Positions 46,310 to 55,103 of a DNA stretch of 64,000 bases are shown piece after piece; the first letter of the stretch is position 1, and each line of letters starts with the position of its first letter. A model generated the notes under the pieces. The model saw only the letters and a program-made list of their open reading frames with translations, was not told where the DNA came from and made no database searches. The translations under genes were made by a program, and so were the position numbers. The stretch comes from Candidatus Eiseniibacteriota bacterium (lineage in GTDB: Bacteria; Eisenbacteria; RBG-16-71-46). The DNA lies in assembly GCA_031370785.1 (NCBI GenBank), contig JANMQY010000140.1, positions 18,627-82,626 on the forward strand, given 5' to 3'.

Positions 46310-46989
46310 GTCCGGCGAAGAAGGCGCGCGCGAAGAAGCGGAGCAGCGTGAAGAAGCGTGCAGTGGCGAAGCGCTCGAAGCCGAAGCGCGCCGCGGCGAA
46401 GAAATCCGCCCGCCGCGCTCCCGCGTCGAAGGCTCGCGCCCGGCTGGCGCTGGTCAAGCGTCCGGCGCGGCGCGCGAGCCGCACGCCAGCCTCGCCCGCG
46501 TTCCAGCAGACCTCGGGCGCCTCGCCCAAGCAGCTTCTGCTGTTCGAGCTGATGCGCGCACGCACCGCGGTGCTGGCCGCGATCCAGGGCATGACCCCGG
46601 CGTCGGCCGAGAAACCGATCGGCACCAGCAACTGGTCGGTGCGCGAGATCGTGCTGCATCTGGCAACCCGCGACCGCATCCGGCTGCGCGAGATGGAGGC
46701 GGTGCTGCGCGGCACGAAAGCGTCGTGGGTCGACATCTCCGGCGACGAGCAGAACGCGATCAACGAGCGCGATCTGGCCGAGCTGCGGCACCACTCGTGG
46801 GACGAATCCCTCCGCCTGCTTCACACCACCCGCCAGCAGCTGATCGAAGCCCTCGAGAGCATTCCCGAGGAGCCGGCGGTAGTGTGGAGCGAACCACATC
46901 CGTTCGGCTGGATGATGCAGCGGCTGCCCGCACACGACCGCCATCACGCCGATGCCATCAAGCGCTGGCGCGCCTCGGTGGGCGCGTGA
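46306..46989 (+). CDS. DinB-like protein with histone-like N-terminal extension
   Basis: K/R/A-rich first ~60 aa; WSVREIVLH; HDRHH. Confidence 0.8.
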   Translation: MSPAKKARAKKRSSVKKRAVAKRSKPKRAAAKKSARRAPASKARARLALVKRPARRASRTPASPAFQQTSGASPKQLLLFELMRARTAVLAAIQGMTPASAEKPIGTSNWSVREIVLHLATRDRIRLREMEAVLRGTKASWVDISGDEQNAINERDLAELRHHSWDESLRLLHTTRQQLIEALESIPEEPAVVWSEPHPFGWMMQRLPAHDRHHADAIKRWRASVGA

Positions 46990-47005
46990 ACCCTGGAGAA
47001 GCCTA

Positions 47006-48469
47006 ATGACCGACACCCTCGCCACGATTGCACCGGGCAAGCTCATCATCAACGGCGAGGCGGTGGACGCCGCCTCGGGCCGCACGTTCACGACGATCAA
47101 TCCTGCAACCGAAGCGCCGATCACCACGGTCGCCGAAGCGGGCCCGGAGGACGTGGACCGCGCGGTGCGCGCCGCGCGCGCGGCGTTCGAGAGCGGGCCG
47201 TGGCCGAAAATGAAGCCGGCCGACCGCCAGCGCGTGCTGTGGAAGCTCGGTGATCTGATTCTCGAGCACGGCGACGAGCTGGCCCGGCTCGAGACCCTGG
47301 ACAATGGCAAGCCGATCTTCGAATCACGGCAGATCGACGTGCCCATGGTGGCGAACTGCTTCCACTATTTCTCGGGCTGGGCCACCAAGCTGTCCGGCGA
47401 GACGCTGCCGGTCAACCCGGCGTTCTTTACTTACACGCTGCGCGAGCCGCTGGGCGTGGTCGGGGCGATCATCCCCTGGAACTTCCCGATGATCATGGTG
47501 GGCTGGAAGTGCGCACCCGCGCTGGCGACGGGTAATACCGTGGTCCTCAAGCCCGCCGAGCTGACGCCCCTGACCGCGATCCGGATCGCGGAACTTGCGC
47601 TCGAGGCCGGTCTGCCGCCTGGTGTGCTCAACGTGCTGCCGGGCAAGGGCTCGATCGCCGGGGAGGCACTGGTGCATCACCCGGGCGTGGATAAGATCGC
47701 GTTCACCGGCTCGACCGAAGTGGGAAAACACATCATGCGGCAGTGCGCCGACAGCATGAAGAAGGTGACGCTCGAGCTGGGCGGAAAGTCGCCCAACATC
47801 GTATTCGCCGATGCCGACCTCGAGGCCGCTCTGCGCGGCGCGACCAACGGCATCTTCTACGGCAAGGGCGAGGTGTGCGCGGCCGGTTCGCGCCTGCTGG
47901 TCGAGGCGAAGGTGCACGATGAGTTCGTGGCCAAGCTCGCCGAGCGCGCCAACAAGAACCTGCCCGCCGATCCGCTCAACCCGAAGACCCGCCTCGGGGC
48001 GCTGGTGAGCGAGACCCAGATGAACCGCGTGCTGGGCTATGTGAAGAGCGGCGTCGCCGAGGGCGCGAAGCTGGTCGCCGGCGGACAGCGCGCGCCGGTC
48101 GACGGCAAGGGCTGGTTCGTCCAGGCGACGGTCCTCGACGGCGTGGACAACGCGATGCGCGTCGCGCAGGAGGAGATCTTCGGCCCGGTGCTGTCGGTGA
48201 TCCGCTTCGAGGACGAGGACGACGCGGTGAAGAAGGGCAACGACGTGATCTACGGCCTCGCTGCCGGGGTGTGGACCCGCGACGTCAAGAAGGCGCACGC
48301 GGTCGCGCGGCGGCTTCAGGCCGGAACGGTATGGGTCAACGCCTACAATTTCTTCGACGCCGGCATGCCGTTCGGCGGCTACAAGAGTTCGGGGTTCGGC
48401 CGCGATCTCGGGCCCGACTGTCTGCGCGAATACACGCAGGTCAAGAGCGTGTGGATGAGCATCGAGTAG
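47006..48469 (+). CDS. Aldehyde dehydrogenase
   Basis: PWNFP, KPAE, FTGS, LELGGK, GEVCAAGSR, EEIFGP, PFGGYK. Confidence 0.95.
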   Translation: MTDTLATIAPGKLIINGEAVDAASGRTFTTINPATEAPITTVAEAGPEDVDRAVRAARAAFESGPWPKMKPADRQRVLWKLGDLILEHGDELARLETLDNGKPIFESRQIDVPMVANCFHYFSGWATKLSGETLPVNPAFFTYTLREPLGVVGAIIPWNFPMIMVGWKCAPALATGNTVVLKPAELTPLTAIRIAELALEAGLPPGVLNVLPGKGSIAGEALVHHPGVDKIAFTGSTEVGKHIMRQCADSMKKVTLELGGKSPNIVFADADLEAALRGATNGIFYGKGEVCAAGSRLLVEAKVHDEFVAKLAERANKNLPADPLNPKTRLGALVSETQMNRVLGYVKSGVAEGAKLVAGGQRAPVDGKGWFVQATVLDGVDNAMRVAQEEIFGPVLSVIRFEDEDDAVKKGNDVIYGLAAGVWTRDVKKAHAVARRLQAGTVWVNAYNFFDAGMPFGGYKSSGFGRDLGPDCLREYTQVKSVWMSIE

Positions 48470-48477
48470 GAGGCGTC

Positions 48478-49788
48478 ATGGAGCGGCTTCTCTATGTGAT
48501 TGCATTCACGCACGACATCGAAGCCATGAAGCGGTTCTATCGCGACACGGTCGGACTCGAGCCCGCCGTGGACAGTCCGGCCTTCGTGTCGTTCGACACC
48601 GGCGGCGCGAGCCTGGCCCTCATCGCGGTCCCTTCCCAGCAGAAGCGCGAGTTCGAGCTGAGCTTTCGCTCCCGCGACGTGGATGCCGACGCGCTCGCGC
48701 TGAAGCGGCGCGGCGTGAAATTCATCGACGAGGCGAGGACTCTCGACTTTGGCCGGGTGATCCATGCGCGCGATCCCGAGGGCAATCTGTTCTCGCTGCT
48801 CGATCCCGCTGCCGAGCCGCCGGAAGGCAACGGCCCAGCGCTCACCACCGCGGTGCTCAACTGTCGCGACATCGTCGCGGCCAAGGCGTATTACCGCGAT
48901 CGTCTTGCGCTCGAAGTGCTGATCGACTCGCCGTGGTGGGTGGAGTTCGACGCCGGAGAAACCCACCTCGCGCTGCATCCGTTCGTGGACAAGGGAGTGC
49001 TCGAGGCGCATCACGCGCAGCCGCTCACCGTCGGTTTCTCTTCGGGCGACCTCGACGAGTGGGTCGAGGAGCTGAGCCTGCGAGGCGCTTCCTTCCCGCA
49101 GGGCATCGCCGACCGCGGTTTCGGCCGGTTCGCCGAGACCGAGGATCCGGATGGCAACACGCTGGTGCTGCGGGAATCGGCGACCCCCACGACGCTCGAA
49201 GAGAAGCTGGCCGAGGACTACGAGAGCGACGAAGCTCCGCGTCAGGTCGCGATCCGCCGTCCCGTCATCAAGATCTCCAAGGCGGCGGGCCGGCTCGCGC
49301 CTCAGGTCGAGCACGAGCCTGCGGAAGCGAAGGGCGCCGCGGCGAAGCTCGACGGGGTTGCCCGCGACTCCGCGAGCACGCGCGCGCGGGTCGAGCTCGC
49401 CAAGGCTGCGACCGGCTCCGCGCAGGCGGCGCGAAAGACCATGCCGCGGCCGCGCCTCGCGAGGAAGATTCCGTCGGTGCGCGGCGCGGGGCCGGTGCGA
49501 ACCCGGCGTGAGCCCCGGCAGAAGCGCGATCCCGAGCGTGTGAAGTTGCGGCCGGCGGCCGGCCATCTCAAGGCGGCCACGATGCGCACCCTGGAAACCA
49601 AGAAGCGGGCGGTGGCCAGCGCAAGCGCGCGCAAGCCCATCAAGCGTGCGGCCGCGAGCGCGAGCGTGCGTAAGCCGGTGAAACGCGCAGCGGCGAGCAA
49701 GCCGGTCAAGCGCGCAGTCGCGCGCAAGCCCACCAGGGCGGGGACTTCCCGCCCCGCTCGCCGCGCGGCCCGCGGGGGAAAGCGTTGA
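48478..49788 (+). CDS. Tandem VOC/glyoxalase-domain protein with histone-H1-like C-terminal tail
   Basis: Two VOC domains (DPEGN, DPDGN); tail with KP(I/V)KRA repeats. Confidence 0.85.
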   Translation: MERLLYVIAFTHDIEAMKRFYRDTVGLEPAVDSPAFVSFDTGGASLALIAVPSQQKREFELSFRSRDVDADALALKRRGVKFIDEARTLDFGRVIHARDPEGNLFSLLDPAAEPPEGNGPALTTAVLNCRDIVAAKAYYRDRLALEVLIDSPWWVEFDAGETHLALHPFVDKGVLEAHHAQPLTVGFSSGDLDEWVEELSLRGASFPQGIADRGFGRFAETEDPDGNTLVLRESATPTTLEEKLAEDYESDEAPRQVAIRRPVIKISKAAGRLAPQVEHEPAEAKGAAAKLDGVARDSASTRARVELAKAATGSAQAARKTMPRPRLARKIPSVRGAGPVRTRREPRQKRDPERVKLRPAAGHLKAATMRTLETKKRAVASASARKPIKRAAASASVRKPVKRAAASKPVKRAVARKPTRAGTSRPARRAARGGKR

Positions 49789-50969
49789 GCGAACCCCGCG
49801 TGCTGCTCGCCGGTGGCGCGCGCACGCCGATCGGAAACTTCGGTGGAGCCCTTGCAGCATCGTCGGCCGCCGAGCTGGGCGGGATCGCCGCGGCGGCGGC
49901 GCTCGCTCGTGCCGGCGTTCCAGGCGATGCCGTGGACGAGCTGATCGCGGGCCACGCGCGCCAGGCCGGCAACGGCCCCAACCTCGCGCGCCAGATCGTG
50001 CGCCGCGCCGGGCTCGCCGACGCGGTGCCCGCCTACACCATCAACCAGGCATGCGCCTCCGGGCTTCAGGCGATCGTGAGCGGCGCGCAGAGCGTTCGAC
50101 TCGGGGATTCCGCGGTAGTGCTGGCCGCGGGCGTCGAGCACATGTCGAGCATCCCGTTTCTCGCGCCCGAACTGCGCTGGGGCAAGAAGCTGGGGGATGA
50201 GCCGCTGGTGGATGCGATGTTCCGCGACGGCTACCTGTGCCCGCTGTGCAATCAGCTCATGGGCGAGACCAGCGAGACGCTAGCCGCCCAATACTCGATC
50301 CCGCGCGACGAGCAGGACCGTTACGCGCGCGAGAGCAACCTGCGTGCGGCGCGCGCGTGGCAGCAAGGGCGCTTCGCGCATGAAGTGGTGCCGGTCACGA
50401 TCGGCACCGGCAAGCGCGTGGTCACCGTCGATCGCGACGAGCACTTCCGCGCCGATGCGACGCTCGAAGAGATGGCGAAGCTCCGGCCCGTCTTCAAGGA
50501 GGGCGGCACCGTCACCGCCGGCAATGCCTCGGCGATCACCGACGGCGCCGCAGCGATCATGGTGCTGAGCGAAGCTGCGGCGAAGCAGCATGGAGTGACG
50601 CCGCAGGCGGTCGTGCTCGGCTCGGTCTCGGTCGGCGTGGATCCGGCGCGCATGGGAATCGCTCCGGTGCCGGCGGTGCGGAAGCTGCTCGAGCGCCACC
50701 GCATGAAGCTCGAACAGATCGACGTGGTCGAGCTGAACGAGGCGTTCGCCTCGCAGGTCCTCGCCTGCGACCGCGAGCTGAAATTCGACCGCGAGCGCCT
50801 CAACGTGAACGGCGGCGGCATCGCCCTCGGCCATCCGACCGGTTGCAGCGGCACTCGCATCATGGTCACGCTGCTCGCCGAGCTGGCGCGAACCAAAGGC
50901 CGCTTCGGGCTCGCGACGCTGTGCGTGAGCGGCGGCCTCGGCATGGCGGTGCTGGTCGAGCGCGTGTAG
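49785..50969 (+). CDS. Thiolase (acetyl-CoA C-acyltransferase)
   Basis: NQACASG, NEAF, GHPTG, CVSGG. Confidence 0.95.
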   Translation: MSEPRVLLAGGARTPIGNFGGALAASSAAELGGIAAAAALARAGVPGDAVDELIAGHARQAGNGPNLARQIVRRAGLADAVPAYTINQACASGLQAIVSGAQSVRLGDSAVVLAAGVEHMSSIPFLAPELRWGKKLGDEPLVDAMFRDGYLCPLCNQLMGETSETLAAQYSIPRDEQDRYARESNLRAARAWQQGRFAHEVVPVTIGTGKRVVTVDRDEHFRADATLEEMAKLRPVFKEGGTVTAGNASAITDGAAAIMVLSEAAAKQHGVTPQAVVLGSVSVGVDPARMGIAPVPAVRKLLERHRMKLEQIDVVELNEAFASQVLACDRELKFDRERLNVNGGGIALGHPTGCSGTRIMVTLLAELARTKGRFGLATLCVSGGLGMAVLVERV

Positions 50970-51155
50970 CGCCGACTGCTTAGCGCGGCGCAAAGTCCCC
51001 GTTACGCCCTTGCGACCCCGGACTTCGCCGCGGCGGCTGATTCCTGAGCCTTTTTGGCTCAGCCCTGCGACATCTGTTGCCGCTCCGCATCCCGCAATCG
51101 CAGCCCAAAATCATGATATGCCTGTCAATCCACGAGGTTGCGGGCGATGACCCGA

Positions 51156-51172
51156 TTGGCCTCGCGTTTGCT
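51156..51172 (+). promoter_or_regulatory. Candidate sigma-54 promoter
   Basis: TTGGC-CTCGCGT-TTGCT, about 57 nt upstream of ATG 51230. Confidence 0.6.
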
Positions 51173-51229
51173 CATTCGCGGTGCGTCGAGCTGGCCCCAA
51201 CCCCTCTCGAGTGCCAAAGGAGCAGGACC

Positions 51230-51544
51230 ATGAAGACGGCAGCCAAGGTTCCTTCGGGACAGGCGGCAGCGGCAGCGGACGCGGTGGCTGCGGCCGAAGC
51301 TGCGATGGATGCCGCGAACGCGGCGAGCGATTGGGCTTTGAGCTCAGGGCTGGGCGCGGATGACGCGGGCGAGGCCGTGCACGCGGCGTGGCGCGCGAAC
51401 CAGGCCGCTGATCGCGCTCAGCGCGCGGAGTCGGCCGAGGACGCATGGCTCGACGCTGCCACCGCATGGGCGGCGGCCACGACCGCAATCGAAGCAGATG
51501 CGCGCATCGCTTCGGCGATCGCCGCGGAGCTGACGGCGCTCTAG
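51230..51544 (+). CDS. Small Ala-rich helical protein
   Basis: RBS AAGGAG/AGGA; 104 aa, very Ala-rich with spaced Trp residues. Confidence 0.7.
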   Translation: MKTAAKVPSGQAAAAADAVAAAEAAMDAANAASDWALSSGLGADDAGEAVHAAWRANQAADRAQRAESAEDAWLDAATAWAAATTAIEADARIASAIAAELTAL

Positions 51545-51633
51545 CAGCGCACTCACGAGCTGATCTCGAACTCCAGACGAACGGGCCGGTAGCACACGCC
51601 GCCGGCCCGACCGTTTTGGATCAAGCCGCGACG

Positions 51634-52476
51634 TCAGGTGCGAGCGGCCGGCTTCTGGCGAAGCGTCAGAACGATCCCGAGCAACACGAGCAGGATTGTC
51701 AGAGAAACGAGAATGCTCGGCGCCGCCGGCAGATCGAATCGGATCGAGCCGATCAGGCCCATCATGCTCCCGACCAGCGCGAGCACCCAGCCGATTGCGA
51801 GCGCCACGCCGGTTCGCGAGGTGGCCATGAGTCCGGCCACGGCTGGAATCACCAGAAGGCCGAATACGAGCAGGACGCCCGCGATCTGCACGCTCGAAGT
51901 CACCATCAGACCAAACATGGCGTAGAACGCGAGGTCCCACCAGAACAGCTTCCGCCCTCGCGCTTCTGCGCCCCTGGGATCGTTGGTGATCTCGAAGAAC
52001 GGTTTGCGCAGCACGAAGTGGGCGGCGCCGATCGCCGCATAGAGCAACGCAACGGTGATCACGCGCCGCGGATCGACGGTGAACAGGCTGCCGACCAGCG
52101 TTTCCTTGATGTGCTCGGCTCCGGCGGAGGTCTTCTCGAGAATCAGGAATACCGTCGCCTGTGCGGTCGCGAACACGATGCCGATGAGTGCCTCCATCGG
52201 CACGTTGCGCCTTTCCTGCCCACGCAGCCACGAGAACACCGCTGCGCCCACGAAGGTCATGCCGAGCGCGAGCAGGTAGGTGTAGGGGCCGTCCTCCTTG
52301 ACGCGCAACACGAGCGCGAGCGCGACGCCCAGCGCCGCCATCTGCGCGAGCGCGAGATCGACGAAGATCACGCCGCGCCTCACGATGTGAAAGCCCATGT
52401 AGGCATGAATCCCGGCGAGCACCAGGCTCGCGATCAGTGCGGTCCAGAAGAAAGGCAGCGCGAATGCTTCGGTCAT
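51634..52476 (-). CDS. Zn/Mn-type ABC-3 permease (ZnuB-like)
   Basis: GFHIVRRGVIFVDLALAQMAALG, GVLLVFGLLVIPA. Confidence 0.88.
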   Translation of the reverse strand: MTEAFALPFFWTALIASLVLAGIHAYMGFHIVRRGVIFVDLALAQMAALGVALALVLRVKEDGPYTYLLALGMTFVGAAVFSWLRGQERRNVPMEALIGIVFATAQATVFLILEKTSAGAEHIKETLVGSLFTVDPRRVITVALLYAAIGAAHFVLRKPFFEITNDPRGAEARGRKLFWWDLAFYAMFGLMVTSSVQIAGVLLVFGLLVIPAVAGLMATSRTGVALAIGWVLALVGSMMGLIGSIRFDLPAAPSILVSLTILLVLLGIVLTLRQKPAART

Positions 52477-52488
52477 GGTCGAGTCCGC

Positions 52489-53400
52489 CTAGTTTGCGTG
52501 AGCGTCGGAAGACTGGCCGGCGATTAGTCTGAGCACGGTGTCGAAATGCGTGAGGTAGCTGCCTGCAACGGGTCCGTCGCACGACGGTGATGCCTTGACC
52601 ACGCGCAACCCGGTCTGCCGGGAGAGGAACTTGCCCGCGTCGTCCGAGAAGTACGGCTCCTGCAACAAGACCGGCACCTTGCGCTGCTTCGCGATGTCGA
52701 CCAGCTGCTGCAGGTGCTTGGCCGTCGGAGGAATGCCGGGAACCGGCTCGGCGGTGCCCGCGATCTCGAGCCCGAACGCGTTGGCGAGATAGACCCACGA
52801 AGAGTGGTAGGTGAAGATGGCCCTGACCGGCATTCCCGCGACCAGCTTTCGTCCGCGCTCGTAGGTGTCCTCCGCCGCCTTCGCGAACGCCTCCGCGCGC
52901 TCCTCGTACGCTCTGGCATGTGCCGGATCGCGCTGAGCGAGTGCCTCGGCGATTTCCTTCGCGACGATTGCTCCGTTGCGCGGGTCGAGCCAGTAGTGCG
53001 GATTCCCGAACGGATGCACGTCGCCCATCGAGGCATTGACCGACGTGGGCTTCTCGAGCGGGGTGATGTCCTTGCTGCAGTCGACCACCATCAGCTTCGA
53101 GTTTCGCGAGCCGTCGATGATTCCGTCGGCCCACTGGTCGAGGCCCAGCCCGACCTTGAGGTAGACGGTCGCGCGCGACACCTGGACCATGTAGGAAGGC
53201 AGCACTTCGACGTGATGCACGTCACTGGTGGGCCGTGCGATGGTGAACACTTCGACCTGATCGCCGCCGACTAAGCCGGCGATTGAGGCGAGATCGGTGA
53301 TGGAAGCGGCGACGCGCAGCTTGCCTGCCGCGAGGCAGGGGACGGCGCAAAGCACGAGCAGCGTTACGACCGCGGCGAGCGTGCGAAAGATGGTTTTCAT
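52489..53400 (-). CDS. Cluster A-I metal-binding protein (ZnuA-like)
   Basis: DVHHVE, GDVHPFGNPHYWLDP, YHSSW. Confidence 0.9.
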   Translation of the reverse strand: MKTIFRTLAAVVTLLVLCAVPCLAAGKLRVAASITDLASIAGLVGGDQVEVFTIARPTSDVHHVEVLPSYMVQVSRATVYLKVGLGLDQWADGIIDGSRNSKLMVVDCSKDITPLEKPTSVNASMGDVHPFGNPHYWLDPRNGAIVAKEIAEALAQRDPAHARAYEERAEAFAKAAEDTYERGRKLVAGMPVRAIFTYHSSWVYLANAFGLEIAGTAEPVPGIPPTAKHLQQLVDIAKQRKVPVLLQEPYFSDDAGKFLSRQTGLRVVKASPSCDGPVAGSYLTHFDTVLRLIAGQSSDAHAN

Positions 53401-53413
53401 CGGTCGACTCCTT

Positions 53414-54562
53414 CTAGAACTGATGGGCCTTGTGCGGGCCCATCGAGAAAATGACGCGCATCGTGACCGTGTCCACGGCCTTCGGATCTTCGGACGCCCC
53501 CGTCGGGGTGCCGGGCATGAGACGATTCCAGTCCAGGCGGAAGGACGTGGTCTCTTCCATCAGCGAGAGGCCGATGAACGCGCCGAACGCCTGATCCCAG
53601 GTGCGATCGGCGGTGGGCTGCTGGAAGCGCTCGTACTGCACTCCAGCGTCGTAGCGCGGGCTGAAGTTGTAATCGGCATACAGGTAACCGCCGAGTGGCT
53701 GGACTCTCGTCACGGTGTATGTCGAGTTGACCGAATCCCACCCTGCCTTTTCGCGATCCAGCTTGAGCACCTCGCTCTGAATGAGCAGGTAGGAATTCGC
53801 GCTCGTCCACAGCTTCAGCTTGGCGGCCGCGTCATAGACCTTCGTCCGGGTCCCGGCCGCGACGTTGTTCGTGCCGCCGGTCCCCGAAACTGCGAGCTCG
53901 TAGCCCGAGCGCTCTCCGATCGATCCGAAACCACTCAGAAGTCCAACGAACGCGGGACGCGATTCGGCGGAACGGTCGCCGGTCTCGGGACCCGCAATCA
54001 GCGGATCGTTGGTCGCTCCGCTGAACTCGCGCGGAGTGCGGAACGAGTCGCCCTGCAGCACATCGCCCGCGGCGGTGAGCGAGAACGTGCCCGGAAGGGG
54101 AATACGCTCCGAGATCGAGAGACCGGTCTCGTTGAACGCCTCGTCGCCCGGTAGGTAGGCCGCCAGCACATGCGGGCGCTCCGCGAACGGAACCGCGTGC
54201 GGGTGCATCGGGTTCAGCTTGCCGAAGTTCACGCGATACTTGCCGCCCTTGAGCGCCAGTCCTCCGGGGAGCCCACGCACCAGCGTGAAGTAGCCTTCCT
54301 CGAGCGCGAAGCCATCACTGGCGAGAGAGGCGACGAAGAAACCCTTGGCATACGGATTGAGATAGGCGTCGTAGATCATCTCGACTTCGCCCTGGTCGAA
54401 CGTGACGCGCTTGGGCGACGGATCGGAACCATCGTTCGTCCAGCGCATGAACGGCTGACCGAGAACCGAGATATCGGGATTGACGACTCCGGCGCGTGCC
54501 GGCATCGCGCCAACGGCGGCGAGGAGGACGGCAAGGATCGCCAATGAAAAACGTCTCGACAT
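53414..54562 (-). CDS. Outer-membrane beta-barrel associated with metal uptake
   Basis: Signal peptide; NPDISV, EEGY, FGKLNPMHPH; amphipathic strands; ends GPHKAHQF. Confidence 0.75.
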   Translation of the reverse strand: MSRRFSLAILAVLLAAVGAMPARAGVVNPDISVLGQPFMRWTNDGSDPSPKRVTFDQGEVEMIYDAYLNPYAKGFFVASLASDGFALEEGYFTLVRGLPGGLALKGGKYRVNFGKLNPMHPHAVPFAERPHVLAAYLPGDEAFNETGLSISERIPLPGTFSLTAAGDVLQGDSFRTPREFSGATNDPLIAGPETGDRSAESRPAFVGLLSGFGSIGERSGYELAVSGTGGTNNVAAGTRTKVYDAAAKLKLWTSANSYLLIQSEVLKLDREKAGWDSVNSTYTVTRVQPLGGYLYADYNFSPRYDAGVQYERFQQPTADRTWDQAFGAFIGLSLMEETTSFRLDWNRLMPGTPTGASEDPKAVDTVTMRVIFSMGPHKAHQF

Positions 54563-54694
54563 GGACAGGCCCCTTTCGGGTGCTCAGAAAGTCCGTGGGA
54601 GGAATCGACCACCAGGTGCGGACAAGTGCCGGCCCAGGTGATCCGGATTGCAGGAGGCGACGGCAGCGCGGGAATCGCGCCGCCGGGTCAGCGA

Positions 54695-55009
54695 TCAGAG
54701 CGCGGGTGGCCCGCGGCTCGAAGCAGCCGCGACGCGGACGGCGCGCGGCATGACGAGCGCGGGGATGGCGATGCGCTCATAGTGAAGTGTCGGCGCGGGC
54801 TCGGCCGCCGCAATCGTCGCGGTGGCCGGCGCATGGCTCAGTGAGCAGACCGCGCACTCATGATGGACACCGGCATCCGCATGATGGTGCAGGCCGCCAA
54901 CGATCAGCGTCAGCAGCAGCGCCCAGATCACCGTTGGAGCGCCGCGCCGCAGGTAGCGGCGAAGCGTGGCGAGCGGGTGGGCGGGCGTGTCGGCGGAAAC
55001 GGGCTTCAT
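54695..55009 (-). CDS. DUF2946-like leader protein (signal/TM, HHH, CxxC, C-terminal RGPP)
   Basis: IWALLLTLIVGGLHHHADAGVHHECAVC...SSRGPPAL*. Start uncertain. Confidence 0.75.
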   Translation of the reverse strand: MKPVSADTPAHPLATLRRYLRRGAPTVIWALLLTLIVGGLHHHADAGVHHECAVCSLSHAPATATIAAAEPAPTLHYERIAIPALVMPRAVRVAAASSRGPPAL

Positions 55010-55103
55010 CAGGAGAAGAAGCATGCTGCGTTGCGCCGGAGGCGTCAAGCCTCACGCTTACCGGCGCAATCAGCGACGAACGCGGTGGTCGGGTGAACAT
55101 CCG

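Noticed and set aside
50975..51035. c-di-GMP-I riboswitch-like GCGCAAAG hairpin
   Set aside because: It lacks the upstream GGCAAAC/GNRA stem and the tetraloop-receptor arrangement; better explained as a simple hairpin after the thiolase gene.
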